DNA of 64,000 bases from Desulfomonilia bacterium (GTDB lineage Bacteria > Desulfobacterota > Desulfomonilia > UBA1062), in contig CAXXDQ010000004.1 in the NCBI GenBank assembly GCA_963664325.2, positions 352,001 to 416,000 on the forward strand, read 5' to 3'. Each line of letters begins with the position of its first letter. Position 1 is the stretch's first letter. Positions 38,232 through 48,620 of this stretch are shown here, in pieces. The notes under the pieces are model-generated. The model was given only the letters and a program-made list of their open reading frames with translations. It searched no databases and was not told the DNA's origin. Made by a program: the position numbers and the translations under genes.

Positions 38232-38264
38232 GAAAAGGCCACGATAAAAGTGGCCTTTTCTTTT
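38232..38264 (+). terminator. Intrinsic terminator of the lipoprotein gene
   Basis: GAAAAGGCCAC / GTGGCCTTTTC then TTTT. Confidence 0.8.
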
Positions 38265-38343
38265 ATTCTAGAAAATATGGCAAAGTTTTTTTTGTCATTT
38301 AACAGATTGACTCTTAAAGAAATCCCGTCATATAAAAATCCTT

Positions 38344-38661
38344 ATGGAAATTAATTTGACAGAAATCATGAAACAGGTGCAGAACATCCAATCACAGGTA
38401 AAAGACGTTCAGGACAAACTCTCACGGCTTACAGTCGCTTCAGAAAGCGGTGGCGGAATGGTGACGGTAACTGTAACCGGAAGACAGGAAATAAAGGATA
38501 TAAAATTGGACCCGATCTGTGTTGATCCGAGGGATATCCCCATGCTTGAAGCCCTTATTATTGCAGCCGTCAATCAGGGAATTAAAAAATCAAAAGAGCT
38601 CTCTTCCGAAGAAATGAAAAAGTTGACCGGTGGAATCCCTCTTCCCATTGACTTGAGCTGA
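38344..38661 (+). CDS. ybaB: YbaB/EbfC nucleoid-associated protein
   Basis: SGGGMVTVTVTG, MLEALIIAAVN; upstream of recR. Confidence 0.93.
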   Translation: MEINLTEIMKQVQNIQSQVKDVQDKLSRLTVASESGGGMVTVTVTGRQEIKDIKLDPICVDPRDIPMLEALIIAAVNQGIKKSKELSSEEMKKLTGGIPLPIDLS

Positions 38662-38664
38662 AAT

Positions 38665-39264
38665 ATGGACCCTTACCCTAAACCGCTTCGAAATCTTATA
38701 AGGGAATTGAAGAGGCTGCCTGGAATTGGAGAAAAATCAGCTACCCGGTTAGCCCTTTATATACTGGGCGATAAGAAGAGGCTTAGAGAAAGCCTTTCCG
38801 CAGCACTTGAAGATATTCGCCAGATTCAGCTGTGTTCCGTATGTTTTAACCTGACTGATAATGAAAGGTGCCCATTTTGTGCCAATCCTTCGCGAGACGC
38901 TTCTGTTATCTGTGTAGTTGAAGAGCCAGGGGATATACTTTCGCTTGAAACATCAGGAGAGTTCCGTGGAACATACCATGTCCTGCATGGACTTATTTCT
39001 CCAATGAACGGGGTTGGACCGGAAGATGTGCGTATCAAAGAGCTTATTGTAAGATTAACACCTGATATAAAAGAGGTGGTGACCGCTCTCAGTCCTTCTG
39101 TTGAGGGTGATGTAACCGCTCATTATATCTGCAAACAGATAACGTCTTCCGGCCGTGATATAAATGTTACCCGGCTTGCATCAGGAATCCCGATGGGAGG
39201 GGAGCTACGGTACATGGATCAGGTGACAATAGCGAGTGCTATTCGTTACAGAAGGGCTCTATAG
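38665..39264 (+). CDS. recR: Recombination mediator RecR
   Basis: LPGIGEKSATRLA, CSVC/CPFC zinc finger, YHVLHGLISP. Confidence 0.96.
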   Translation: MDPYPKPLRNLIRELKRLPGIGEKSATRLALYILGDKKRLRESLSAALEDIRQIQLCSVCFNLTDNERCPFCANPSRDASVICVVEEPGDILSLETSGEFRGTYHVLHGLISPMNGVGPEDVRIKELIVRLTPDIKEVVTALSPSVEGDVTAHYICKQITSSGRDINVTRLASGIPMGGELRYMDQVTIASAIRYRRAL

Positions 39265-40518
39265 CTCAATTATTGAGGGCAGCTTCTGCTGTTCTTCGGC
39301 GTTACGCCCGAGTGTTACGAGTGTGATGTTCTCTGCCGTAAATATATCCCTGGCCAGTTCAATCAATTCTTGTTCGTTCACTGAATTTATATTTTCAATT
39401 ATTTCTTCTACCGGGATTTCTCTTTGATAGAACATTTCGTTCTTTGCAATAGAGGACATCCTGTGCTCTGTAATTTCCTGTGAAAGAAGAATGTGTCCTC
39501 TCATTTGAGCTTTTACTTCTTCTAGCTTAATTCCGCCGAAGTCTCCCCTTTTGAGTTTGCGCATCTGCTCAGAAAGCACTTCCAGTGTTTTTTCCATGTT
39601 ATCCGGAGTTGTTGCCGCATTGACTGCAAACACACCGCAATCCTCATATATATTCAAGTATGAGCAGATGGAATATACAAGTCCAAGCTTTTCCCTGATT
39701 TCCTGGAACAGCATGGAGCTCATGCTCCCGCCCAACATGGAATTCAGGACGGAATAGACCCAGCGTCGGCCTTCTTTAAGAGAAGGGCCCTTGACGCCCA
39801 GAGTAAAATGTATCTGCTCCAGATCCCTTTCGTACACTTTATGATTTAGCCCTCTGGGCTTGATGCCATCAGCAACGCTTTTCATAACATTCTTGACGGA
39901 TTCAAATTTGCTTCCCGTTATATCAAGCAGTCTTTCATGTTCGAGGTTTCCTGCCCCTGCAACAATAATTGAATCTGCATCATAACAGGCATTCATGTGA
40001 TCGAGCATGTCATTTCTAAAAATGGAATTTATCGAATCTGCAGTACCAAGAATAGGATTCCCAAGGGGTGTACCTTCAAATACCGCACTGGCAAACATGT
40101 CGGATACTAGATCTTCTGGAGAATCTTCAACCATATGAATCTCTTGGAGCACCACTTTTTTCTCTTTATCAATTTCTTGGGTATCCAGTTCGGAATTCAG
40201 AAAAATATCAAATAAAACCTCTGATGCCTTTTGAAGATGTTCATCAAGAACCTTGATATAATAAACCGTGTATTCCTTTCCGGTTGAGGCGTTCAGTATT
40301 CCGCCTAAAGCGTCAATCTCTTTTGCTATCTGTAATGCACTTCTTGTTCCTGTTCCTTTAAAGAGCATATGCTCAATAAAGTGAGCAATCCCCGGTTTTT
40401 TCACCGGGTCATGGCGGCTTCCGGTTTTTACCCAGACGCCAATGGAAACCGACCGAACCTGTGTAATGGGTTCGGTCAGGATTCTCACACCATTGGACAG
40501 GCGTGTCTTATGAGGCAT
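39259..40518 (-). CDS. M16 family zinc peptidase
   Basis: HFIEHMLFKGT inverted zincin motif; usual position after pnp. Confidence 0.92.
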   Translation of the reverse strand: MPHKTRLSNGVRILTEPITQVRSVSIGVWVKTGSRHDPVKKPGIAHFIEHMLFKGTGTRSALQIAKEIDALGGILNASTGKEYTVYYIKVLDEHLQKASEVLFDIFLNSELDTQEIDKEKKVVLQEIHMVEDSPEDLVSDMFASAVFEGTPLGNPILGTADSINSIFRNDMLDHMNACYDADSIIVAGAGNLEHERLLDITGSKFESVKNVMKSVADGIKPRGLNHKVYERDLEQIHFTLGVKGPSLKEGRRWVYSVLNSMLGGSMSSMLFQEIREKLGLVYSICSYLNIYEDCGVFAVNAATTPDNMEKTLEVLSEQMRKLKRGDFGGIKLEEVKAQMRGHILLSQEITEHRMSSIAKNEMFYQREIPVEEIIENINSVNEQELIELARDIFTAENITLVTLGRNAEEQQKLPSIIEL

Positions 40519-40521
40519 GCT

Positions 40522-42609
40522 TCATTGACCTGCAGCCTGTTTAAGGGCTTCCTTCCGGCTCAATCGTATTTTTCCATTTTTGTCGATTCCGATTACTTTA
40601 ACTACAATTTCGTCACCCTCGTTAACCACGTCACGTACATTCTGTACTTTTTCATTAGCAAGCTGTGATATGTGAACAAGCCCTGAATCTCCTGACGGGA
40701 AATCCACAAAGGCTCCGAAATCCATTATCTTGACTACTTTGCCAACATACACCTTATCGATTTCAAGCTCTTCTGTCAGGTTGTTTATAATGTCAACAGC
40801 CAGACGGGCATGTTCCTCATCCGGTGAAAAAACATTCACCTTGCCTGAATCATCTATCTCGATCTTTGTTCCGGTGCGGGCTGTGATATCTTTTATTACC
40901 TTTCCCCCAGGGCCTATTACGTCTCTTATTTTCTCAGGATTAATCTGAATGGTAAATATCCTGGGGGCATATTTTGATATCATATCGGAAGGTCTATCAA
41001 TGGTCTTTGACATTATATCCAGGATTTTGAGTCGGCCTACTCTGGCCTTTTCCAAGGCATCAGACAGGACCTTTTCGGGTATTCCTTCAATCTTGATATC
41101 CATTTGAAGTGCAGTGACACCATCTGTTGTTCCTGCGACTTTGAAATCCATATCCCCTAAATGATCTTCGTCTCCAAGAATATCGGTCAATACCATATAT
41201 TCTCCGGCCTCATGGATAAGCCCCATCGCTATTCCGGCCACAGGTTTTCCAAGTGGAACCCCAGCAGACATAAGGGACATTGATCCGCTGCAGACCGAAG
41301 CCATAGAAGAACTGCCATTGGATTCAAGTATTTCAGATACGAGCCTTATTGTATAAGGGAATTTCTCGATTTCTGGAAGAACCTGCCTGAGAGCCCTTTC
41401 CGCCAGGTTGCCATGTCCGATCTCGCGCCTGCTGGGTCCTCTTAACGGTTTTACCTCACCGACTGAAAACGGCGGGAAAGAATAATGCACCATGAAAGTC
41501 TTAGATGTCTCGCCGAGAAGGTTTTCCAACTTCTGCTCATCTCGGGGTGTTCCTAAGGTCGTTATTGCCAAGGCCTGGGTTTCTCCTCTTGTAAAAAGTG
41601 CCGACCCGTGGGTCCTTGGTAAAATCCCCGTTCTGCATTCTATATTTCTTATCTGGTCAAAATCCCTTCCGTCAACACGGATTCTTTTCTCATGCATTAA
41701 GGTCCTTACAACTTCCCGTTCCAGCTTTTCCATGCAGACTTTTACCATAGAAATCCGGTCTTCATCCTGGTCTGCATACCCATCAAGAATCTTCTGCCAG
41801 ACGGCTGAGGCCCCATCTCTTCTGCTCTGCTTAGTTGACCCAGGCGTAAAGACCTTATCCAAACTATCAGCAACAAGGTTCCTGATCTCTTTGTACAAAT
41901 TATCATCGCTGGCAGGCGGTACGGTCTTGATCTTCGGCTTGCCTGATAATTTTCGGAGCTCTTCCTGAGCATAGATAATTTCTCGAATTCTGGAATGGGC
42001 AAACATGATCGCATCAAGGATAATCTTTTCGGGAAGCTCCTTTGCTTCTCCTTCGACCATGACTATGGCGTCTTTCGTCCCAACAACGACAAGCTCCATA
42101 TCTCCCTGTTCGATCTGGCTGTATGTAGGATCAATTATAAACTCTTCGCCAACATGCCCAATTCTGACACCGCCTATAGGGCCTTCGAACGGGATGCTTG
42201 ATACGTGCAGTGCCGCAGAAGCTCCATTTATTGCCATTACATCAGGGTTAACCTGAGGATCGGCAGACAGAACGGAAGCAACGATTTGCAATTCATTGTA
42301 AAAGCCATCAGGAAATAGTGGCCTTATCGGCCTGTCAATGAATCTTGCAGTTAGTATTTCCTGGTCTGTTGGTCTTCCTTCCCTTTTAATAAAACCACCT
42401 GGAATCCTTCCTGCAGCATAAGACATTTCTTGATAATCAACTACAAGGGGCAGAAAATCCGTACCTTTTCTTACGTCTTTTGAAACTGTTGCAGTAACAA
42501 GGACAACGCTCTCCCCCTGATAAACCAAGACTGAGCCGTCAGCCTGCCTGGCAACCGTACCCACATCGAAGATGAGGGGTTTTTCAGAACCTTTAGTTTG
42601 AACCTGCAT
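40522..42609 (-). CDS. pnp: Polyribonucleotide nucleotidyltransferase
   Basis: Two RNase PH domains, SNGSSSMASVC, GDMDFKVAGT, KH and S1 domains. Confidence 0.98.
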   Translation of the reverse strand: MQVQTKGSEKPLIFDVGTVARQADGSVLVYQGESVVLVTATVSKDVRKGTDFLPLVVDYQEMSYAAGRIPGGFIKREGRPTDQEILTARFIDRPIRPLFPDGFYNELQIVASVLSADPQVNPDVMAINGASAALHVSSIPFEGPIGGVRIGHVGEEFIIDPTYSQIEQGDMELVVVGTKDAIVMVEGEAKELPEKIILDAIMFAHSRIREIIYAQEELRKLSGKPKIKTVPPASDDNLYKEIRNLVADSLDKVFTPGSTKQSRRDGASAVWQKILDGYADQDEDRISMVKVCMEKLEREVVRTLMHEKRIRVDGRDFDQIRNIECRTGILPRTHGSALFTRGETQALAITTLGTPRDEQKLENLLGETSKTFMVHYSFPPFSVGEVKPLRGPSRREIGHGNLAERALRQVLPEIEKFPYTIRLVSEILESNGSSSMASVCSGSMSLMSAGVPLGKPVAGIAMGLIHEAGEYMVLTDILGDEDHLGDMDFKVAGTTDGVTALQMDIKIEGIPEKVLSDALEKARVGRLKILDIMSKTIDRPSDMISKYAPRIFTIQINPEKIRDVIGPGGKVIKDITARTGTKIEIDDSGKVNVFSPDEEHARLAVDIINNLTEELEIDKVYVGKVVKIMDFGAFVDFPSGDSGLVHISQLANEKVQNVRDVVNEGDEIVVKVIGIDKNGKIRLSRKEALKQAAGQ

Positions 42610-42614
42610 AATGC

Positions 42615-42884
42615 CTACTTGCGCAGCTTAAGGGCTTTAGCGAGAGATCTGTATCTCTTGATGTCCCTTTCCTTGAGATAATTCAAAAGACGCTTGCGCT
42701 GACCGACCAGCATAAGGAGACCTCTTCTTGAATGGTGGTCTTTTTTGTGAGCCTTAAAATGATCTGTGAGAGAATTTATCCTGTTCGTAAGAAGTGCGAC
42801 CTGCACTTCCGGTGATCCGGTATCATTCTCATGGATCCTGAATTTTTCGATGACTTCCTTTTTTACCTGTAGTTCTAATCCCAC
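42615..42884 (-). CDS. rpsO: 30S ribosomal protein S15
   Basis: [24 protein letters not shown]. Confidence 0.98.
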   Translation of the reverse strand: MGLELQVKKEVIEKFRIHENDTGSPEVQVALLTNRINSLTDHFKAHKKDHHSRRGLLMLVGQRKRLLNYLKERDIKRYRSLAKALKLRK

Positions 42885-42986
42885 TTTCTTCCTCCTGATT
42901 TTCTTTCTTCGCCTTTATTAGAGCGAAACGTTTAGCATGCCTTAAATACGCTGTAAATAGTTAATATGCCTTCTTCTTGCTGATTA

Positions 42987-43883
42987 TTAAAAGAATCCTC
43001 TTGCAATATATCCGAATATACCACCTGAACGTTTAACCCTTGCAACACATAGCAGATTGTCGTCTTCGTCCTGAATTGCCACAAAAGATTCATCTTCGGC
43101 AATTACATCATTGACCATTGTTGATATCAGCACCGGCTTTCCTTTGGTGATGGCATCTTTTCCTTCGGAATTGACCTTTGCAATGGGAAGATTGATTGCA
43201 TTTAGAAGTGATATTAAGATGTTCTTTCCTTCTGATGATCTTTTCTTAATCTCATCTATAGTCAATGCATTTTCAATTGAAAACCCCTCGCTTTTGAGTC
43301 TTCTTAATTCCCTCAGATATCCTCCGCATCCAATAAATTCTCCCATATTCCTGGCCAGAGACCGTATATAAGTTCCTCTGGAGCAAACAACCTTCATCTC
43401 TAATGATAAATTATCTATCGAAAGAATTTCTATTTTATGAATAGTTACATTTTTTGCCCTTGGACTAACGTCTTTATTCTGTCGTTTAAGCCTGTAAAGG
43501 GGTTTCCCGTTGAGTTTCTGTGCACAGTAAGCTGGCGGTATTTGGGTTATTTCTCCTGAATTGTTCTTTAACCATTCTTTAAGTTTTATATTATCAAAAT
43601 TTATGTTCTCAAATATTTTTTCAGCATTGCCTGTGACATCATCTGTATCTGTAAACATCTCCAAACCTACCGTGGCAATATAGGCCTTAATATTATCCTC
43701 CATAAATGGCAAAAGCTTTGTTCCGCTTCCAATACCTATGCACAACAAACCCGTTGCAAAGGGATCAAGGCTACCGAAATGACCCCCTTTTTTTTCACCT
43801 AATATTTTCAACACAACATCAACCGCTTTTCTTGATGTAATGCCTTTAGGTTTGTCAAGAAGAACTATCCCGTTTAAACCCAT
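42987..43883 (-). CDS. truB: tRNA pseudouridine(55) synthase
   Basis: DKPKGITS, GHFGSLDPFATG, CSRGTYIRSLA. Confidence 0.95.
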   Translation of the reverse strand: MGLNGIVLLDKPKGITSRKAVDVVLKILGEKKGGHFGSLDPFATGLLCIGIGSGTKLLPFMEDNIKAYIATVGLEMFTDTDDVTGNAEKIFENINFDNIKLKEWLKNNSGEITQIPPAYCAQKLNGKPLYRLKRQNKDVSPRAKNVTIHKIEILSIDNLSLEMKVVCSRGTYIRSLARNMGEFIGCGGYLRELRRLKSEGFSIENALTIDEIKKRSSEGKNILISLLNAINLPIAKVNSEGKDAITKGKPVLISTMVNDVIAEDESFVAIQDEDDNLLCVARVKRSGGIFGYIARGFF

Positions 43884-44791
43884 TTGGATCCTTCTTCCAT
43901 TACCCTGTTCAACAATAATGAGGCTTTTCCCTTAATAGAAAAACCTGCTGCACGTTCATGTCCTCCTCCTCCAAAGGCCAATGCCGTCATCAAGGCTGCA
44001 GGTCCGGATCTGCTCCTCATTGAACAGCGCACCATATCATCTTCTGCATCCCTTAAAAAAATGCAAAGCTCGGATCCGCCTATTGAAGCTATTTCCTCGA
44101 CAATACCTGACGCATCCTGTGGAGACGCACCAAGTCGATTTAAATCATCTTTAGTAATATATGTACCAAAAACAGGACCTCTGATTGATAGTCTTTCCAT
44201 GGCATGACATAAAAGTTTATAATACCAGAGAGTTTTACTTCTCTTGAGTTTAAGGGCTATAGAATAGGCATCCGCTCCGGATTTTGTCAGTTCATGAACT
44301 ATTTTAAAAATTCTTGGTTTGATGTTCGTATGCGTAAAGCCTCCGGTATCACCAAAGATTCCCATATAAAGATTTGATGCTATAGCCGGAGTTATTCTTG
44401 CAAATCCACATAGCAAATCATAAACCATCTCACAGGTGGAGGAATACTTGGGATCGACCCAACTGATATCCCCATATCCGTTATTTGATTTATGATGGTC
44501 AATCACAACTACTATCCCTTTTGGTTTTATATTTCCAAGCATCTCCATATCTGAAACATCCAAAAGAAAAGAAACATCCGGAGATTCACAGAAATAGTCT
44601 TTGTGAATTGGCGGTATTATATATTGTTCTGCAATAGATGTGGTGTATATGCGACCTGCTTTTTTGCCCAATCCAGAAAGGGCATGCGCAAGCGCAGATG
44701 TCGATCCAATAGCATCTTCGTCAGGAAGTTCATGGGTTAATATTTCAAAGGTGCGTTTCCCTTGAATTAATTCAATTATTTTATCCTTCAT
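43874..44791 (-). CDS. nrnA: DHH/DHHA1 nanoRNase/pAp phosphatase
   Basis: PDEDAIGS, IDHH, DTGGF, GGGHERAAG. Confidence 0.88.
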   Translation of the reverse strand: MKDKIIELIQGKRTFEILTHELPDEDAIGSTSALAHALSGLGKKAGRIYTTSIAEQYIIPPIHKDYFCESPDVSFLLDVSDMEMLGNIKPKGIVVVIDHHKSNNGYGDISWVDPKYSSTCEMVYDLLCGFARITPAIASNLYMGIFGDTGGFTHTNIKPRIFKIVHELTKSGADAYSIALKLKRSKTLWYYKLLCHAMERLSIRGPVFGTYITKDDLNRLGASPQDASGIVEEIASIGGSELCIFLRDAEDDMVRCSMRSRSGPAALMTALAFGGGGHERAAGFSIKGKASLLLNRVMEEGSKWV

Positions 44792-45134
44792 CTATATGTA
44801 TCTTACTGAGTAATTCATCTATGTGAGTTCCGTAATCAAACGAACTGTCATATATAAACCCGAGTTCAGGGATCCGTCTTAAATCCAAAGTTCCCAACAT
44901 TTCATGCCTCAAAAAACCAGCAGCACTCTCCAGGCCTGCCAATGCCTCTTCTTTCAGCGCACTGTCATGAACACAGAAAAAAACGTTGGCCTTTCTCAAA
45001 TCGGCGCTCACTTCAACACCTGTAATAGTAAGATCGTGTACTCGAGGGTCCTTCACTTTCCTTAAAAGGATTTCCGTGATAGTCTCCTTTAATAGATCTG
45101 ATACCCTTGCCTGTCTTAATCTTCCCTGTTTCAT
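44781..45134 (-). CDS. rbfA: Ribosome-binding factor A
   Basis: KVKDPRV, VSADL, RRIPELGF. Confidence 0.95.
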   Translation of the reverse strand: MKQGRLRQARVSDLLKETITEILLRKVKDPRVHDLTITGVEVSADLRKANVFFCVHDSALKEEALAGLESAAGFLRHEMLGTLDLRRIPELGFIYDSSFDYGTHIDELLSKIHIDEG

Positions 45135-45415
45135 AGGTGAATAATCTCCATACTGCTGTCAATGATTTCCACATCCATATTATTATGGATACCCTGAACA
45201 AATTTATCCATCATCGAATTAACATGAGCTGCGCTATTGCTGATAAAAGCGACTCCTATTGTAGCAGCCTGCCATAGATCATTATCTTCAACCTCAGCTA
45301 CTGATGCATTCATTCCAATTGCCTTGTCTTTAATAGATTTGAGAACCCTGCGCTTATCTTTTAGCGACCTAGAACCTTCAATAAGTAATTTTATCTTGAG
45401 CGCACCGATTATCAC
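45131..45415 (-). CDS. DUF503 (YlxP) protein
   Basis: SLKDKRRV, SVAEV..NDLWQ; between infB and rbfA. Confidence 0.9.
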   Translation of the reverse strand: MIIGALKIKLLIEGSRSLKDKRRVLKSIKDKAIGMNASVAEVEDNDLWQAATIGVAFISNSAAHVNSMMDKFVQGIHNNMDVEIIDSSMEIIHL

Positions 45416-48021
45416 AATACGGAAGACTCCTGCTTTTCCTTTGTAAAGGCTTGCACAATGTCTCCTTCTTGAATATCATTAAATCCTTCAAGGGAAATAC
45501 CGCATTCATAACCACTCACCACTTCTTTTGCATCATCCTTAAAGCGTTTCAGAGATGCAAACCGGCCCTCCCAGATTATATCTTTCCCGCGCAAAAGTTT
45601 AACCTGTGCTGTTCGCATAATCTTGCCATCAATAACCATGCATCCTGCTATTGTTCCAATCCTGGATATTTTAAATACGTTCCGGACCTCGGCTTTACCC
45701 TGAAGCACATCTTCATAAACAGGCTCGAGCATACCTTGAAGCGCCTGTTTAATGTCATCAAGGAGTTCATAAATTACCGTATATAATTTAATATCTATTC
45801 CATAGTTCTTTGCCAGATTTTTTACCTTTGTTTCCGGCTTAATATTAAATCCTATAATAACGGCCTGGCTTGTAGTCGCCAGCATAATATCATTTTCGGT
45901 TATGCTGCCGACACCTGAGTGTACAACGTTAATTCTTATGCTTTCGCCTGTCTCGATTCCTTTAATGGCCCCTGTAATCGCCTCAACTGTACCGTGAACA
46001 TCTCCTTTGATGATAAGGTTTAAGGCCTTTAATCTTCCCTCCATAACTTGGCTGTAGAGGTCTTCAAGTGTTACCTGTGCTTTTAGTTCAACTACATTCT
46101 TCTGTTTAATCTTTAAATCCAGATATTCAATTATTTCTCTGGCTTTTTTATCATTAGGTACCACAAAGAAATTATCCCCAGCTGACGGAGGACTTGTGAG
46201 ACCTATTATTTCCACTGGCGTACCAGGTAATGCACTGTTTAAAGCCACACCCTTAAAATCATACATGGCCCTGACCTTTCCCCATGTCATTCCGGCAACA
46301 AAGGTGTCACCCTGTTTTAGTTCTCCAGACTGTATGATAATAGTTGACATAGGTCCTTTACTTTTATCCAGTTTGGATTCTAAAACCGTTCCTCTAGCGG
46401 CAACTTTGGAATAGGCCTTGAGATCTAGCATTTCGGCTTGGAGGAGTATCATTTCGAGAAGATCATCAATTCCGATATGCTTTTTAGCAGATACTTCCAC
46501 AAAAACCGTATCTCCACCCCAATCTTCCGGAACAAGCCCTTGTTCTGCTAACTGCTCTTTTACTCTCTGAGGGTTCGCGTTAGGTTTATCGATTTTATTT
46601 ACCGCAACTATAATCGGGATCTTTGCTGCTCGTGCATGGCTAATAGCCTCTTTTGTCTGTTCCATCACGCCGTCATCTGCCGCAATAACTAACACTACAA
46701 AATCTGTAACCTGTGCACCTCGTGCCCTCATGGCAGTAAACGCCTGATGGCCTGGTGTGTCAATGAATGTTATCAGTTTATCCTTACACTTTGCCTGATA
46801 CGCACCAACATGCTGAGTGATACCACCAAATTCATTTTCTGTAACATTTTCAGACCGTATTGCATCAAGAAGTGACGTTTTGCCATGATCGACATGCCCC
46901 ATTACAGTAACGACAGGAGATCTTCTAACGAGTTCTTCTTCCGGATATTTCGGAGGAGTCAAATAGTCTTCTAGTATATCGTCCCTAGCCTCTTCTATTT
47001 CAAAGCCCATTTCAGCAGCTGCAAGAACTGCTTCATCCGATGTTATATAATCACTCTCCCTAACAATCATTCCCAGGGTACCGAGTACTCTAATAATTTC
47101 TGAAACCTTTACTCCCATTTCCCTTGCAAGCCCGAGCACTGATATGTCCTTGCCAATGCGTATCTTTCTTTTTCTTGTCGGGAAAGGTAGCTGTGCCTTT
47201 TTATCCTTGTGTTTGTGCGGTTTTTTCGAGAAAGAAGGTTTTATATTATAAATTTCAACTTGAGTAAAAACTTCGGTTTTTGGTGCTTTTACACCAGGTC
47301 TTATATTTTTTAAATCAACAACTTCCAAGTCTGTGTCGTCAGTAATGACATCAACGACTTTTCCTTTTTTCTTGGGCTTTTTCTTTTCACGTTTCTTTTC
47401 TTCTTCTTCTATTAATTTTCTCGCTTCTTCTTTGACAGGAGATTTTTCCTGCTGCCCAACAGATTTTTTTTCTGGTTTTGTGTCTTTTGCCTGAACCAAT
47501 GGTTGTTGTTCTTTTTGAGTAATTGCTGGTTGGATCTCTGTTTTTGTTTCTTTTTTTATGGCTTTCTTTTCAAGTTCCGCTGGTATTTTTTTCTCCTGTC
47601 CTGATGGTTTAACCTGGGGTTGTTTGATTTCTTCTTTTTTATGTTCCCGTGTTGTAATTTCCAGTTTTACTTCAACTTCAACGGGTTTTTGTTCAATGAT
47701 TTCCGGTGAGGTTTTTATCTGTGCCTCTTCTAGATCGGTTTCGGAACTTATATCTTCAGACTCAGTTGGTGAAATTTTTGCCCTTCGGCGTATAATTTTT
47801 GAACTTACTCGTTCTTCATCAAAGGATTCTGTCTTTATTTCATCCTGTTGTTTGTCAGTTGATTTTTCAAGTCGTTTTTTTATTCTATCTATGTCATGAG
47901 GATCAACCTGACTCATTTTGTTTTCTGCCGATATGGCAAGATCTTTACATATTTTCATGAGATCTTTTTCGTCAATGGAAAATTTCTGCGCTAATTCAAA
48001 AATCCTCATTTTTTTAATCAT
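45412..48021 (-). CDS. infB: Translation initiation factor IF-2
   Basis: [17 protein letters not shown]; start ATG 48021 overlapping the upstream TGA. Confidence 0.97.
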   Translation of the reverse strand: MIKKMRIFELAQKFSIDEKDLMKICKDLAISAENKMSQVDPHDIDRIKKRLEKSTDKQQDEIKTESFDEERVSSKIIRRRAKISPTESEDISSETDLEEAQIKTSPEIIEQKPVEVEVKLEITTREHKKEEIKQPQVKPSGQEKKIPAELEKKAIKKETKTEIQPAITQKEQQPLVQAKDTKPEKKSVGQQEKSPVKEEARKLIEEEEKKREKKKPKKKGKVVDVITDDTDLEVVDLKNIRPGVKAPKTEVFTQVEIYNIKPSFSKKPHKHKDKKAQLPFPTRKRKIRIGKDISVLGLAREMGVKVSEIIRVLGTLGMIVRESDYITSDEAVLAAAEMGFEIEEARDDILEDYLTPPKYPEEELVRRSPVVTVMGHVDHGKTSLLDAIRSENVTENEFGGITQHVGAYQAKCKDKLITFIDTPGHQAFTAMRARGAQVTDFVVLVIAADDGVMEQTKEAISHARAAKIPIIVAVNKIDKPNANPQRVKEQLAEQGLVPEDWGGDTVFVEVSAKKHIGIDDLLEMILLQAEMLDLKAYSKVAARGTVLESKLDKSKGPMSTIIIQSGELKQGDTFVAGMTWGKVRAMYDFKGVALNSALPGTPVEIIGLTSPPSAGDNFFVVPNDKKAREIIEYLDLKIKQKNVVELKAQVTLEDLYSQVMEGRLKALNLIIKGDVHGTVEAITGAIKGIETGESIRINVVHSGVGSITENDIMLATTSQAVIIGFNIKPETKVKNLAKNYGIDIKLYTVIYELLDDIKQALQGMLEPVYEDVLQGKAEVRNVFKISRIGTIAGCMVIDGKIMRTAQVKLLRGKDIIWEGRFASLKRFKDDAKEVVSGYECGISLEGFNDIQEGDIVQAFTKEKQESSVL

Positions 48022-48620
48022 ACAACAGCACCTCTGAAGGAAAGGCTCTGGAATTTTTCCAGATTCCTCAACATCTTTTTCTGCATCGGCCAATTACCTT
48101 TTACTATTGCTGTTTCTATAAACGTATTTCTGCTATTGTCTCGAAGATTAAAGATTTTTATGCCGAGTCTTCTAGCTTTTTCAAACAAATTCAGTGAATC
48201 AGCTGTGTTATCATCACCTGCAATTAAGTAATCCATTGGACCAATGGGGCCTTCTGCAACTTTTTGCATATATCCCATTTTACAGCATAAATTCATTTCC
48301 TTTACTATTTCATCTATAATCTTGGCTTTAATTTCGTCTTTAAACCTATCTTTTTCTTCTTTTGAAAAACCTAAGCGGGAGTTTTTTCCCTTTATGGTTT
48401 TATCAAGACATTTCGTAGTTGGACAAATGTAAATGCCTCGACCTTTCATTCTTGCAGAATGATCATATACGGCATATTCTTTTTGTGTTCTAACCAGCCT
48501 CATTAATTTGTCCTTTGGCTGTATTCTTTTACACATGCAGCATTGTCTTAAAGGGTTACCCCTTTTAGTTGTTAATAATCTTTTTTGCCCTTTTAATGAT
48601 GAGTTCAGCAGTTTGGTCAT
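48018..48620 (-). CDS. YlxR (RnpM)-family protein with C-terminal extension
   Basis: PLRQCCMC...LMRLV...GRGIYIC...C; between nusA and infB. Confidence 0.8.
   Translation of the reverse strand: MTKLLNSSLKGQKRLLTTKRGNPLRQCCMCKRIQPKDKLMRLVRTQKEYAVYDHSARMKGRGIYICPTTKCLDKTIKGKNSRLGFSKEEKDRFKDEIKAKIIDEIVKEMNLCCKMGYMQKVAEGPIGPMDYLIAGDDNTADSLNLFEKARRLGIKIFNLRDNSRNTFIETAIVKGNWPMQKKMLRNLEKFQSLSFRGAVV

Noticed and set aside
42885-42935. Hairpin upstream of rpsO as an S15 autoregulatory leader
   Set aside because: Only a short stem (TTCGC/GCGAA); cannot be matched to a known S15 leader class by eye
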